This document shows, piece after piece, positions 43,677 through 59,208 of a stretch of 64,000 nt of DNA. The position numbers and the translations under genes are program-made. Source of the stretch: the human T2T-CHM13v2.0 reference genome, Homo sapiens. The DNA lies in NCBI RefSeq assembly GCF_009914755.1, contig NC_060940.1, one strand, 5' to 3'. Below the pieces are notes generated by a model that saw only the letters and a program-made list of their open reading frames with translations, made no database searches and was not told the origin of the DNA. Each line of letters starts with the position of its first letter. The first letter of the stretch is position 1.

Positions 43677-44211
43677 CTTCTCGCCCCACACCGGACTATA
43701 AGCTCCATGAGGGCAGGAGCTGTGTCTAATTTAGCTCAGTGCCACCTCCCCCAACCCTGGCATACAGAGGGACATATAGTAGGGGCTCAATAAATGTTGA
43801 ATGAATGGATGAGTGAATTAATTGATTGGTTTCAAAAAAGCAGGCCTCTGAATCCCCACACAGGTAGAGGCAGAAGGAGGGGAAGGGGCCACAGTGCAGT
43901 TTATTGTCTGACGATAAGTATTAGATTGAATCATATAAAGGTGCCATTTTTTAGGTCAAAAAAGTTGAATATTGGCAATCTCAAATGGCTCAGCCTCACA
44001 TATGACGAGGTTGCCCTGTCCTGCCAGCTTCTTCCTGCAGCCAGGAGGAAGAGGGTACACCCACACCAGGAAACCCCACTACACCACACCCACCCAAACC
44101 CAGCTTCCCTGAACCCAAGATATGGACTTGGGGGACATTCTATGAGCAAAGAGAGGCAATAACAAAACCTTTCACCTCAATCATGTTTCGCTGGAAAGCA
44201 CTGAATTTTCA

Positions 44212-44497
44212 GGCCAGTCACAATGGCTTACGCCTGTAATCCTAGCACTTTAGGAGGATGAGACAGGAGAACCTATGGAGTTTGAGACCAGCCCAGGCAA
44301 CACAGTGAGACCCCATCTTTACAAAAATTTTAAAAATCAGCCAGGCATGGTGGTGCACGCCTGTGGTCCTAGCTACTTGAGACGCTGAAGCAGGAGGATC
44401 GTTTCAGCCCAGGAGTTGGAGGCTGCAGTGAGCCGTGTTCGCACCACTGCACTCCAGCCTGGATAACAGAGCAAGAGTCTCAAAAAATAAAGTAAAA
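44212..44497 (+). mobile_element. AluJ
   Basis: Diverged Alu consensus. Confidence 0.9.
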
Positions 44498-44961
44498 GTA
44501 GTGAATTTTCCCACCTCACTGAGCTACTGCCCTTAAGAAAGGGCTTGCATTCAAGATGATGACGTTGAGAGCAGACAGCGGACCCTGCAGAAACGCTGTG
44601 CAGCAAGACAGATGGCCCCATGCCCTCTAGAGGGAAGGAGCAGCAGAGGCCTTGCCAGGGACAGAGGGCCTTGCCAGGGACAGAGGGAGGTGGCACAGCC
44701 TCCCCTACACCCTGAGGGGAGCTGAGTATGGTGTGAGCATCTCCTGGTACCATTTTACACTCACACTGCCCCATTTCGATGAGGACAGAAACTCTATGTG
44801 GTAGGTACAATGGATATCCCCATTCTGCAGGTAGGTGCAATGGACTCACCCACTTTGTCAATGAGGAAAAAAAAAAAACAAGGCTCAGGAGCCCATTCAA
44901 AGCACGTGCCAGGAAGGGCAGAGAGGAATTTGTATCCAGGTCTTCTGACTCTAGATCCTGA

Positions 44962-45250
<289 letters not shown>

Positions 45251-46759
45251 GATCCTGACTCTTAACCACTACACGGAAAGGCAGAAAGGGAATGCCTGCA
45301 AAATCACGGGGCAGGGGACAGCTGGCTGGGTCCACTGCCAGGAAAAGGGGAACGGGGAGAGGCCCCAGGGGACCAGACTGCCCACAGGCTGCCAGGTCTG
45401 AGAACAGCACATTTCCTACCTTCCCAGCAGGGCTTCGCGAGGTCATGAGCCAGGGCCACCAGGGCCTCACCCTCCCAAGGGCCAGCTAGAAAAGGGTCAG
45501 CCAATGTCGGCCCCTGGCCAGCAGACGAATCAGAAGGAAACTCACCCAGAAGGATGCCTCTTCCTTGCTCTCGTGTCCCCGGAGTCAGCTAGTCAGCAGA
45601 GAGCCCTGGGCACACTGAAAACCTCCCAGCCACCATCAGAGGTCCCACCTCTGGGGCCACATGGCTGAGTATCCACAAGATGGAGGCAGGGGGCCAGGAG
45701 CTGCCTCCATGCACCCGAGACAGAGAGACCTAGGACAGAGCTTGAGAGACATGCGACAAACCAGGGTCAACAATCACACGCACTCACCCATTCTTTCCTT
45801 CATTCTTTCCACAAATACTTATTAAGTGCCTACGGTGTGCCAGGCATAACACATGCACATTTGCTGCAACATACGGGGTGCTCCCCAACCCCATTCATCT
45901 TGGCGGCCTCAAAGCCCACACAAAGGCTGGCACAGAAAAGATGCTTAATAAATATGGGGTGGGCAAATGAGTGATTAGATGAATAAATGAATGCCCAAGA
46001 GGATACGCTAAGTAGTAAGGGGCCGGCATCCAGGGCTGGGGCTGGTCGGGGACCCAGATTCCGGTCTTAGCTCCAGTACACCTCAGCCCCCAACCATGAG
46101 TGACCTTGACCAAGGCAAGTCCCCTACCTGAGCCTCTGATTCCTCATAGGCCCAAAAGAAGCCTGAATCTCATGAACGCCATCCTCTCCAACCTCACAGT
46201 GGGGAGGCGGGGCTCACCTGAATGCATGGCCACTATGAGACAGGCACACAGCTCAGCTCCACATCAGGGGATATAGGAGCCTTGTGGGGTTTCGAGGGGA
46301 TAGGGGAGGCCAGAGCAGGGATGGACGGGAGGAGAAAGGGTGCAGGGGAGAAGGGAGACCAGTGGAGCGGAGAAAGTGAGAGAGCCAGGAACACTGCCAG
46401 GTGAGAGTGAGAGGGCAGCGGGGTCAGCAGGACCAGCAAGGCCAGCAAGCCCTGGAAAGGCTTCCCCACCTCTCACTTCTTCTCCCAATCAGATTTGGAT
46501 GGGAGACCATACCACCCACCCCTGCAGAAAGCAGAACCACCAGGCGCCACATTCTAGGCATATCCAGGGGTTACCAGAGAACCCAACTGTACAGGAGCCA
46601 TCGGGACACTGGGGTAGAGGAGTGCAGTGGAGCTGATGGAACCAAGTTGTTGAAATAAAGACAGTCATTAAGTAATGACACATACAAGCAGCAGATGGCT
46701 GGATGCATGTTCCAGGGACTGTCGGGGATGACAGAGAAAAAACAGAAAAGAATCACAGG

Positions 46760-46940
46760 CTCTGAAGCCAGCCTGTCTGGGTTCAAATCCACACTCCACC
46801 ATTTAGCAGCTGGGGGACCATGAACAAGTCACTTGCCCTCTCTGGGACTCATTTAATTAAGTCACATAATTTTAATAAGGTGATATATACAAAGCCAGAT
46901 GCTTGGCTCATAGTACAGCTTGAGACAATGGTAGCTGGTA
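46760..46940 (+). mobile_element. MIR
   Basis: ctgggttcaaatcc...ccatttagcagctg...caagtcactt. Confidence 0.7.
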
Positions 46941-47296
46941 AGCACTGTCTTGCTGCTGCGTTATGATTCAAACCAACATGTGCAGCATCGCAGTGCAGAC
47001 AAAAGCTGGAGGCGTCAAACCCGGAGGGGTCTGGCAGGAGGCCTCACATGCTCCTGAGGATGCAGGAGGACAAGGAATGTCATGGCACAGGCCCTCTTGC
47101 AAGGCACGAAAATGTCCATGCATACCAAAAGAAAAAAAATCCACTCCATCAGGAGAGGAAAGTCCTGGGTCCAAGTGTGAATCCTCCCCTTCCCAGACTG
47201 TGCGATCCTGAGTAAGGTGCGAGCCACCTCCTCCGTGAAGGGGTGTGATCAGCTTACAACCCACAAGCCCACTGTTCTTGTGCCCGCCCTCTGTAG

Positions 47297-47855
<559 letters not shown>

Positions 47856-48719
47856 ACATTTCTTTTTCATTAAAAAAAATATCCTCCACCCTAACAGCCT
47901 GCACGTTTCCTAAAAACATGTTCCCGAGGGCAAGATGCCTTTTCTGAATCTGAGCACCAGGTCAAAGCCCTGGCTTAGCCTCTATTCAGTGTTCGTTTGG
48001 GTCCTGCTCACAGAGAAGAACCCTCTCCTCCATGAACACTCTCTCAAGCAGGCCCCGGGAGGGGTGTGGCCAGGGCTGGGCAAGGAGCCCACCAACCCCA
48101 ATTCCGCACTCGGCTTGTGCATCCATTGCTGGCCCCAAATTCCAAAAGGCAGCCATTATTTATCTTCAGGTTTAAAATATTTGCAGTGCAGGCAGCGGGG
48201 TAACATTTAACACTCAGCCTAAAGGGTCCCCTTGGCAGCAGAGCTCTAGGCAAATATTTTAACACATAATTTGCTGTCCAAGTTCGGCTTCTTAAATAAG
48301 GAAGCAACTTCCTGATGGCTGTCTGGGGAGACCCCGGTGTCCCTATCGGTGCCTGTGGCTCTGTGGATGGAATTTCAAGCCAAGGTCCGTCAGAGACATT
48401 GAACCTGACCTCGGCTACATCACACAAGCCTTGCTGGGCTGCTCCGTCTGGCCATGAGGGACTGATACAGGACAACCCTCTGCAGAGGCCCACAGAAATG
48501 ACTAGAAACTTCCAGAGAACGTATCTTCAGTTATCAGCAAGTCTAGAACCTAAAGGACTAGCAGTGTGATGGCAATCGCCTCCTTCAGGCCAGAACTTCC
48601 AATTCCTTTGTATCTTTCGCCTCGTGACCCCCAGCCCCTGTCAGGGAGACGTTACCACCAGACCTATTTTACAGACGGCAAAACTGAGGCTCCGATGGCT
48701 GAGACAGCCCCCTCAGTCA

Positions 48720-49271
<552 letters not shown>

Positions 49272-51986
49272 TCAAGTTTTAAGAAACACAGTATGGGCTA
49301 AACAATATGCCTTGGAGGGCTGGTCCAGCCTGGGGGCTACCCACTGAGGGTCTCTGCCATGGAGTGTGTCCAGCAAGAGCCCCTCAGAGCCCCTAGAGCA
49401 CAGGGTCATCTGCTCATTCCTCACCAGAAAGAGCAGTCAGCTGAGCAGTCAGCTAAGCAGTGATGAAAGTGTCTCTTCTTTAGAGATTCAGGAACTGAGT
49501 TCAAGTCCATTTTTGTGCAAGACCTTGGTTGCTTGTACTTCTGAGCCTCAGTTTCCTCACCTAGAAAATGAGGATGGTACTCATGCTGTGGATGCTCCCT
49601 ATGGGACCACTTTCCAGGTGACCTCACTCCAGGTCTCTGCCCACCAGGCGCTGGTCAGCAGTGAGCTCCCTAAACGTTGGAACCATGTCAGACACAAATC
49701 CTCCACATCTTCAATCAGTCAACAAACATTTACTGAGCACCTACTATGTGCCAGCCCCTGTTCTAGATGCAAACACATGAAAGAACCATACACAGCTCCA
49801 TGACCAGGACAGGCTGACATTTGGTCACAAGGACCTTGTTTTTTATGGGTGTTCCATACATGCACGAATGAATGACTCTACCCTCCCTGCAGGGCTCAGC
49901 TGCCACAAAATCCCCGGAAGGTAAAGAGAGATGGCAGCTTCCCCAACCTCACAGACACTTGCACTCAGCTCTCAACTACAGTGGGTCAGGAATGAGTGGA
50001 AAGAAAAGAAGGCAGATGAGAGGGAGGGAAGAGGGGAGGAGGGAAGCAGGGGGGAGAAAAATAAACCACAAACACCCCCTGCAAGAAAAAATCAAATTTA
50101 TTTTTCCAGCAAGTAGTTAATGGTGTCACTCCTCCAAGCCTTACAATCTTAATAAAACTGATCTCGCCGCGTGCAGTAATGAAGAACAGTCAGACAAAGC
50201 CACCCTGGAACCATGAAAATTGTGCACTGTTACCTCCTCGTGACCTCCTGAGGCAGTGACCATTCTGCCCTCGCCTTGCTGTCATGTTTTGTCTCTGGGA
50301 AGGGGGAGATGGGGGAGCAGGGCCGGCGGTGGGCAGGGGAGGGAGGATGGTCAGGCAGCGTGGGGAGCTCGATAAATCCAGCTAATTTGTGGCCAGTGCT
50401 AGTGCCTGACACTCCTAATTGCTCTCAGTCCTGGAGCAGAACTCAAGGCTAGGATGCTGGGGCGCAAATCACCCCCCTTGTGGCTGCAAAAAAAGGATCC
50501 CGGTTAGGGGAAGAAAAGCAGGGAGAGGAGGGATCTGTACCCCTAAAACCAGAACCAGTGGCCAGGCTAATGGAGTTTGGCTCAGAGCCAAGGATAAACA
50601 GAGGCGGTGTGAATGGAGAACCCAGAGCCCAGGGGCCAGGCATCATCGCTGTGCGTTCCGGGCAAGGTGTGCCCTCTCTGGGCCTCAGCTGCCCCATCTG
50701 TAAATTAAGGCATGGACCACAGAGAAGCAATTTTAAAAACCATGCACCTTAGCAGCTCAACACTGTGCCAGGGGCAGGCCTGAGGACAGAACTCTAAGAC
50801 AACACCTCCACACCCAGGGAGCCCCGCTGCCGCCCGCCTTCCACGCCAGGGTCCCGCAGCAGCACTTTGCAGAAAGAGCCTCACTGTCAAAATAGAAAGT
50901 GTGTAAAAGTTCACCTGCCCAACTCCTCCTCACCGTTCAGGTCTCAGCTCAGTGAATCTGCACCCCCACAGGGTCAGGCCTCCCCTGTGAGCTCTGGGAG
51001 CTCGCTGGGCACCTCTCCTTCTCCACTTATCATAGCAGTCCTCATGATTTTATTTGCTGGATGTGCGAAGGTCTCCTGGGCATGCAAGCTCCAGGCAGGC
51101 AAGTCCGCATCAGTTTTGTTCACTCTGCTTCCCCCTTCTCCACCTCTCAGCACCCAGCATAGGGCCTGGTACACAGCAGGTGATTAATAAGGATGTGTTG
51201 AAGAAGCTGTCTGGAAGGGCCCTTCCCACTCTGACATTTAAAGATCCAGCCACAGGTCTGTATTTCCAGGGAGGGATGGGACAACAGGAATGAAGCCCGA
51301 AGCAGGCCCCTGGTCCTGCCTGCTGCCCCGGGACACAGGGGGCTCAAGGGACTCCCCAGACCCGGCTCTAGGGCCTCTATTATAACCCAAAAGCCAGCAG
51401 CTCCCTTCCCACCAATGATCCTCCTACCAACGAGCCTCCAGGTGGGCCTGGAGGGCCAGGGGAGCCCCCTCTCCCTCCAGTCGCAGTGCAGAGGCTCCAC
51501 AAAAAGCCTTTAAAAATTAACCAGTTGCCAGGCATGGAGACAGCCTGGTGCGCAGCCACGTTCCAGGGAATACGGAAGTGGCGCCTGGAGAAAAGGGAGC
51601 AGGACTCGTGGAGTGGCTTTCCCGTGCTATCCCACCCCAGGAGGAGTACACTCAGATTCCAAGGAGCCGCTCCCAGTAAACCCCCATCTAGGCACCCACT
51701 CACTGGAGGAGGGTGGCAGCCTCAGCCCACCTCCAAGGATCCATGCAAGCAGCTGGCTCCTCCAGGAGACCCCAGGGGTCTCCCCACCGCTTACCCTCAT
51801 CCACTTGCTCAGGTCTGCCGGCTTTCTGCCGACTTCCCGTCAGTCCCCAAGAGGGTGTTTGGAGCCCCACAAGTGGGCTGTAAGACATTCTCTGATGTCT
51901 CCAGAAACCTGGATTCTGGAAGCAGGGCACAGAACAAAGCCAATGGCCTGGGCAGCATGACACGTCTGCCACAGAGGTCCGAGAAG

Positions 51987-52238
51987 CCTCAGCACACACA
52001 CAGCCAGGCAGGGTGTCCCCATGCTCAGCACACATGTGGCCAGGCAGGCTGTCCCCAGGCCGAGCACACACATGGCCAGGCGGGGTGTCCCCAGGCTGAG
52101 CACACACGTGGCCAGGTGGAGTGTCCCCAGGCCGAGCACACACATGGCCAGGTGGGGTGTCCCCAGGCCCAGCACACACGAGGCCAGGCGGGGTGTCCCC
52201 ACGCTCAGCACACATGTGGCCAGCCAGGGTGTCCCCAG
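51987..52238. repeat. GC-rich minisatellite, 7 x 36 bp
   Basis: Unit approximately gc(t/c)(c/g)agcacacacatggccaggcggggtgtccccag, seen as a 12-aa repeat (A[QE]HTxGQxGCP[QH]) in ORF 51486..52412. Confidence 0.93.
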
Positions 52239-54171
52239 CTCGGGGTTGGGGTGTACCCAGCTCGGGGTCAGGGTTTTGATGGGGACTGCACTCAGACCCC
52301 CCAGCCAGTGACAGCAAGGCCTGTTTGGCAGCCTAGGACCCCTGGATTCACATTCCTAGGCAAAGAGATGCAGAGACATGGGGGGATTAGCCACAGGCCA
52401 AAGGTCAAGTGAACCGCACCAAGGAAACTTCCAGACCCACCCCAGGGACCTGGCTGCCTCTGCCTGATGGCCAATATCAGTGTGATCTACATGCACACGC
52501 ACACCCCACACCCCACTCACCACCCCCAGGCTCCTCCTCAAACCATCACTTAACTCGGATTTCAAACTGCTGGCGATGTTCTTTAGTCAACATGAAGCAG
52601 AAACCTTTTATTAAATGCTGCTAATTTTTTATTGATCACACTGTGAATCATTTCATTTTCCATTACCGCAAATGTCTCCTATCAGAGCTCCACGATCAGG
52701 CTTCTTTCTTCATTCTTGAGTAACTTGTCACTTTTAATCAGTTTTCAGTTTCGGTCTGGCTCAAAAATTAGAAAGCGGGCTCTTTGTATCATTATTGCTT
52801 TTGTTTAAAAAAAAAAGTTTCCATGCAGGAAAGGTTATTATACTCAGAATAAATATACATGAATCAAATTCAGATGAAATTCCTCCCTGGCTCTAACCAA
52901 TTTTACCATTAGCTTTTATAATTTTTTTAGGTTTATTTTCACAGAAAGACTGCTCATAATTATTGCTCGTGCTCTCCCAAAACACTTATGTTACTAAAGT
53001 GCGAAATGTCTTCTAACACAAAGACAGATCTCTGGGAAGTAATTACAGAAATGCATTCAGGGGCAATAATTCTATATTAGCTGTCAGCAGCAGACATCCT
53101 CTGAAAGGCACTTGTTATGAAGGAATTATTTGTGCTACTATTGAAGGCATGGCAGGCAAGCCCAAACTTAAAGACTGCATCTGATCAGAAACATGGGCTC
53201 CCTCATCAAGGGTCAAATTAAGTTTAAATCATCACCTTGAAGCCCAGCAAACTCGTACCTGACTGTCTATTGTGAAGACATTTTTGAGGCGCACTCGAGC
53301 GCGACGTGGTCTTCCCGTTCGCAGCGTGGTGCAATTACCCTTAGTCTCAAAAGGATTCTGCCAGGAGCTTGTCACAATAGGGAGAGAGGAGGTGGCAGGG
53401 TGTCTATTAAATGCTAACTCGTGTCACCAAACAGAATTTTCAAGAATTATAAATTGCCGAGATGCCTTGCCGCTGACCCCCTCGTGTTAAGAAGAGCCCA
53501 GAATATTATCAGGAAAGTGCAAGAATTTGCATCAAAGGCAGGAAAGGACTCTCTATGGGGAGCCCACGGGGATGGAGCTGAGGGGACTGGGACCCAGTGA
53601 ACTATCCCCTCACCCCACAGAAGGTCCAACTGGGATCTGCGCCCCAACACCAGCTTACTCAGGGCAGAGAAATACCCTAAAATGAGGACAGGTGCAGGGG
53701 GATCTGAGGAAGTACATAATTTCATCTGAGCTTTGTCCCTAACTCTTGGCATGACCTCAGGCCAGTCACTTCCTCTCCCCGAGCCTCAGTTTCCCCACCT
53801 GTAACAACATCCTACATCAACTCTGTGTGGAGGGCATTCTGTGAGTGGAATGCAATGTTGGCCCCTGCTGTTCCAGGCTCTGTTTCCCCACCTATAAAAG
53901 TGCAGGATTAATTTCCTGCACCGTTAAAGGAATCACCTGGCCACTGGGTGCGGGAAGAAAATGTGGGACAAAGAGCAGAGCAGCTTCCTGTGAGAGCGGG
54001 TCTCACAGATATCTCAGATCTGCTTGGACTCATCGAGCCTCAGCTTCCCCACCTCAAAAGAGGACAAGCTAAAGGTCATAGCCTGGGGTTGCCCTTATCA
54101 ATCACAGTGAAGCACAAACCCAGGCTTCTTTCATCTGCTCACCTACTGCTATTGCCAAAAAGACAGGGTAC

Positions 54172-54460
54172 TTTCTCTTTTTTTGAGACAGAATCTTGCT
54201 CTGTCACCCTGGCTGGAGAGCAGTGGCACAATCTCGGCTCACTGCAACCTCCGCCTCCTGAGTTCAAGAGATTCTCCCGCCTCAGCATCCTGAGTTGCTG
54301 GGACTACAGGCACCCACCACCACACCTGGCTAATTTTTGCATTTTTAGTAGAAATGGGGTTAGCTGGCCAGGCAGGTCTGGAACTCCTGACCTCAGGTGA
54401 ACCACCCACTTCGACCTCCCAAAGTGCTGCGGTTACAGGCGTGAACCACCACGCCCAGCC
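54172..54460 (-). mobile_element. AluS
   Basis: Alu consensus; degenerate TSD aagac(a/t)ggg..ctttct. Confidence 0.92.
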
Positions 54461-54779
54461 AAGACTGGGCGCTTTCTAAGACAGCTCAGGGCAAGAAGCA
54501 AAAGAACTACTTCCTCCTAACAGCTGGAGCCCATCTACCCGAAGCAGCACCTCACGGTGCCCAGCAGTGCTCAGCAGTTGTGGCACCCCTAGCCGTAGCA
54601 TCCTGACCTTTCCCTGACCTCCGAGCTCGGCCCATGACCCAAGTGGGGACACTAAGACACAATCCGGAGATATGCTAGAACCACCGGGAAAGAAGGTACT
54701 TAAAGTGGGGAGAGCAGAGCGGGCAGACAGAGATCGGGGGAAAGAGTTTGAGCCATGCCCTTCGACTCAGTCACTGCCC

Positions 54780-55350
54780 ACAGAGGCTTATATCCTAGAA
54801 AACTCCTGTTTGTGAAAGTCCGCCGTGAGAGTATCTGCTGCAGGATGATTTGTAATAGCCAAAAAAAATTAGCATCTACATCTCCATGAACAGCAGATCG
54901 ATAGATAGATTGTGGTACATTTACAGAGTGGACACCATGCAGCAATTAAAATTAATGAAACAGCTACATGTATCAACACGGATTAATCTTCCAAACATAA
55001 TGTTGAGAGAGGGAAAAAAAAAAGCAAGTTGCTAAAGATAAACTATCTATATGGTAAAATATGGTATCTATATTGTTTTAAAACATGTATATCAGTAGTA
55101 TTTAAATACCATTTATATGTATTTCCAGAAACAAGACATACAGGGAAATGAAGAATTGATATCATCTATAATTAAATATCACATATCTCCAGAAGCAAGG
55201 CATACAGGGAAGTGATGAATGCCAAGCCCTAACGGGGCAGGAAGAGTAGGGCACTCTGGCACTCAGCTGGGTGAACGATTCCTTAAGCTGAAAGGTATAT
55301 CCTGGACAGTCGTTATTCTCTTCTGTTTATCTGAGATATTTCATTTAAAA
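54780..55350 (+). mobile_element. Old L1 (L1ME-like) 3' remnant
   Basis: ttgtaatagccaaaa, attgtggtacatt, cagctacatgtatcaacacggattaatct and aacataatgttgag. Confidence 0.7.
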
Positions 55351-55651
55351 AAAAAAAAAAACACCATTGCTGAGCCACTGAAAATTTTTAGATCATAAAA
55401 GTTTTTAAAAGAACAGTGAATAAATTGGAGAACCACAGGGAAGCACAGAATTTTAGATGGAGAAGGCACTGAAGAAGACAGCCAATCCAATCCAGCGCTT
55501 TCTCAGAATCTGTGACGCAAGAGATTGTCCCCAGGGCACAAGGCAAGTTAGTGGCAGAACCAGGGCTAGTGCCCCAGCCCTGTGCTCCTTCCCTCCCTCC
55601 GGTGTGGAGGAGCCTAGCCCTGGTTAGGGGATGAGCTTGAATAAATGGTAC

Positions 55652-55787
55652 TGAGGTGCACAGTGGCTGTCACTTGTAGTCCCAGCTACTTGGGAGGCTG
55701 AGGCAGGAGGATCACTTTAGCCCAGGAATCCAAGGCCAGCCTGGGCAATAAGTGAGACCTTGTCTCTATAAATAAATAAACAAATAA
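55652..55787 (+). mobile_element. Alu monomer (FLAM-like)
   Basis: Single Alu arm with a (TAAA)n tail. Confidence 0.85.
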
Positions 55788-58269
55788 GACCTAAGTATAT
55801 TGTTCTCTCAGAGCAGGAACTTCTATCTGTTCACTGTGGAATCCGAAGCACCTAGAACAGTGCCTGGCACGTAGTAGGTGCACAATAACCCCGTGTTGAA
55901 TGGATGAATGAAGGTAGACTGAGGTGATTAAAGTCATGCACATCATTCCATAAAGCAGACCTTCTTGGACAAGCCCCATTGCTGGACAACACCAAGTTAG
56001 TCATTTTTCAGTAAATGCAGATTTTCCACCTCTGAGTTTAAAAAGAAAATCACTTCTCACCAATTTTCTGACCCTCCTGTGGGTATGCTGAGATTGTGAG
56101 TCATGGCTGAGGCTGGAAAACCACCTTCGGGGAGATGAGAATGGAAAACGGCCTAATTCAAGGAGGAGCCAGGTACTGCCTAAAACGCGTCTTGGCCCCC
56201 TTCCAGGAGTGCACATCGAACGGAAAAAATTACTCCAACTCTCTCCGTAGGAGAACATCTGCCAGCTGGCCGACCAAAGTAGCTGGTTGCTAAGAAATCA
56301 CACCGGGTGACATCACCTGATCACTTACTACAGGCAAGACATGGCCAGGGTCAGAGTTCAAAACAGTTTCTGGAAATCTTTCCAGCGAAGCCCCTTTTCC
56401 GTGCAGGGATGGGAGGATGGGAAAGTATCTTGATGGGTACCCACCTGTGACCCCCTGCCCTATGACAGAGGTACTATTACAGATAGGGAAACTGAGGCCC
56501 CGAGGGGGAAGGTCACTGCTAGAGGGTGGTAGAAGAGGGGTTCCAGCTTCTTCTGAGCATCGAGGTGCTTCCCGGGATACCAGGTTCTGAGCCCCGCTGT
56601 GTGCACCCCTCTCATGCATAAAGAGGTCAACAGAGAAGTCCAGCGCATGGTAAAGACCAGCGTGACCACAGGCTGCAGCTTTTCCACATGGACAATGCGG
56701 TTTCTATGGAGTCCAGGGGCTACGGTCCCATCTCCACGGCATTAAATAAAGAGACGAGGAAGGTGGCGAAACAGCATAGGAGAGTAACCTCCTCTCAAGC
56801 CAAGGCACCACTCCACAGGGGTATCTAGCAGCACCAAGTCTCACCAAAGACAGAAGCCCCAGAAGTGAGGTCCCCTGGGAGCCCTGGGCTATGCCAGGAG
56901 CAGGAGTGGGTGCAGGAAGGACCCAGCCCACCCCCACAAGAAACGCCCATGCCGGGGAATCTGCCCACACTGCAACAAGCATCCCAGGTCCTGACCTTGA
57001 CAGGGATGCAGGGCGTGCATTCGGCCAGCCTGTGGTCTTACCCGGCTTTCTCCCCAGAACTGCTTCTGTGTTTCTGAGTATCTTTCCTTCCCAGAAAAAA
57101 ACGATGCTTTACTGTTATTTCTGATTACAAAGATAACTGCGACTGATGTCAAAGATACAAGCCATACAGAAAAGTATAAAGAAAAATAGTAAAAAACACC
57201 TGAAATCTCACTACCAGAGCTTGGGGCTGTGACCACTTTGATGAGCGCGATCCCGCACATCCTCTCCTGCGTTTACGGACACGCGCAGCAATCGCCGTGT
57301 GCGAATGGGATCCTGCGCCACACGCTGATTTGTAACCTTTCTACACTTTGTTCCACTCGCCCCTGGGCCATGGTCATCTCTTCCAGGGATCGTTTTGAGA
57401 GTCTGCCTTTAAAGTTTCGTCTGGAGGGAAATCACACGGGTCCACAACTCCTAGTTAAATGTGAACAGGCCCCAGTAGTGAATTGGGGAGGGGTGGGGGT
57501 GGGGTTTCTATCTTAGAAAAGGTTTCCTCGCTTTGCAAATGGGTTCACCCTGGGAGTCTTTGCATTAAGGAGATTCTCCCTCCCGCGAACGCATGTGTCT
57601 CTGGAGGTGCAATTCAGGGGGCCACCTGCTTCAGCATTGCTGCCATCCACTCTCCCCACATCCCAGTCCATCCGTGCAGATGGAAAGGGCCATGTGGTGG
57701 AGAGTCGGGGCTGACCTTGAAGGGAAGGCTGCCGTCAGCCCATACCTTGCCGAACAGCCCATCTCTGGCTGTCACTCACACCTGTGCAGGCAAGTGCAAG
57801 CTCACCTATCATGCTGCTGCTCGGGGTGAGTCACATCGGGGCTGCTTCCTTGCACCCAGTGATCTGGGGAAAAGTTTAGGAAATTCCTACTCTGGGAATT
57901 CTCAGTTGGCGGCTTCCTCTCCTCTTTCTCCTCCACCAATACCCCTTCCTAGGCACAAAATTGTGAGGCTTCCTGGGTTTTGTCACTAACATTTAAATAT
58001 GGGGCTTCAAGTCATCACCCTCCAGGGGCCAAGTCAGGGGTTTCCAAGAAGTCCCTGCATTCCTCTGTCCTGGGGGATCCCAGGTGGGGGAAGTGGGCTG
58101 GGTGTTTCTGGGAAGCAGACTCCTCTGGGAGGTACCTTCCTCTCTTTCTGCCAACTGCCAGCACTGAGTCACAGAAGACGTGTCAGCCAGACACAGGGAG
58201 GAGGGCCAGAGCCCCCAGGGTCAGCCAGACGCTCCTCTCCAGAAGAGAGGCGCAGGGGCATTTAAGGCC

Positions 58270-58700
58270 ATCTGTGCACTCACAAAACACTCACGGAGAC
58301 CCTGCAACGTGCCAGGGACTGTCCCAGAGCAAAACCGGGAATGAGGTGGACAGATCCTCTCAGGGAGTTTACCCTCTAGTGGGGAAAAAGACAGAAGATG
58401 CATAAATAGAGAAATAAAATCATTGCTGTGAGTGATCAGCGCATCCAAGGAAATAAAATAATTGACGTGACAGGGGCTGGAAGACGCCAGCTCCAGCCAG
58501 AGTGGTGAGGGAGGGAGAGCCTCACTGAGGAAGCAGCGTGAGCCAAGCTGCAGGGAACCAGACGGTGATGGTGACAGTGATGGGGAGCAGCAAGCACAAA
58601 GGAACCTGAGGCATGGAGCATCGTGCACTCCAAGAACCAAGCGGAGGCCAGTGTGTCTACAGCACAGAGCTGAGAGACAGAGGCCCGACGGCGACGAAAG
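58270..58700 (-). mobile_element. L2 fragment
   Basis: gtgccaggg...ggagtttaccctctagtgggg...agcctcactgagga...agcacaaagg. Confidence 0.55.
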
Positions 58701-58868
58701 GCCCGAGGAAGGCCCAGGACACGCCATCAAATCCTGAAATCAGAAGGTGCTGGGAGAGCCCCTCAAGCGGCCCAGAGTCCAGTGCACACAACTCCATTCA
58801 AGGCACACATGGGAACTCCAGACTGAAGATAGACTGCAGGTGCTCATGTCACATACAAGACTGTTTGA

Positions 58869-59208
<340 letters not shown>

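Noticed and set aside
51987-52238. 36-bp periodicity reminiscent of a CRISPR array
   Set aside because: Units are head-to-tail with no unique spacers, the context is human intron, and there are no cas genes.
51486-52412. Longest ORF (308 aa) with Cys/His-rich 12-aa repeats, superficially like a metal-binding protein
   Set aside because: It is produced by the 36-bp minisatellite, which is stop-free in several frames on both strands. It has a non-ATG start and no recognisable domain.
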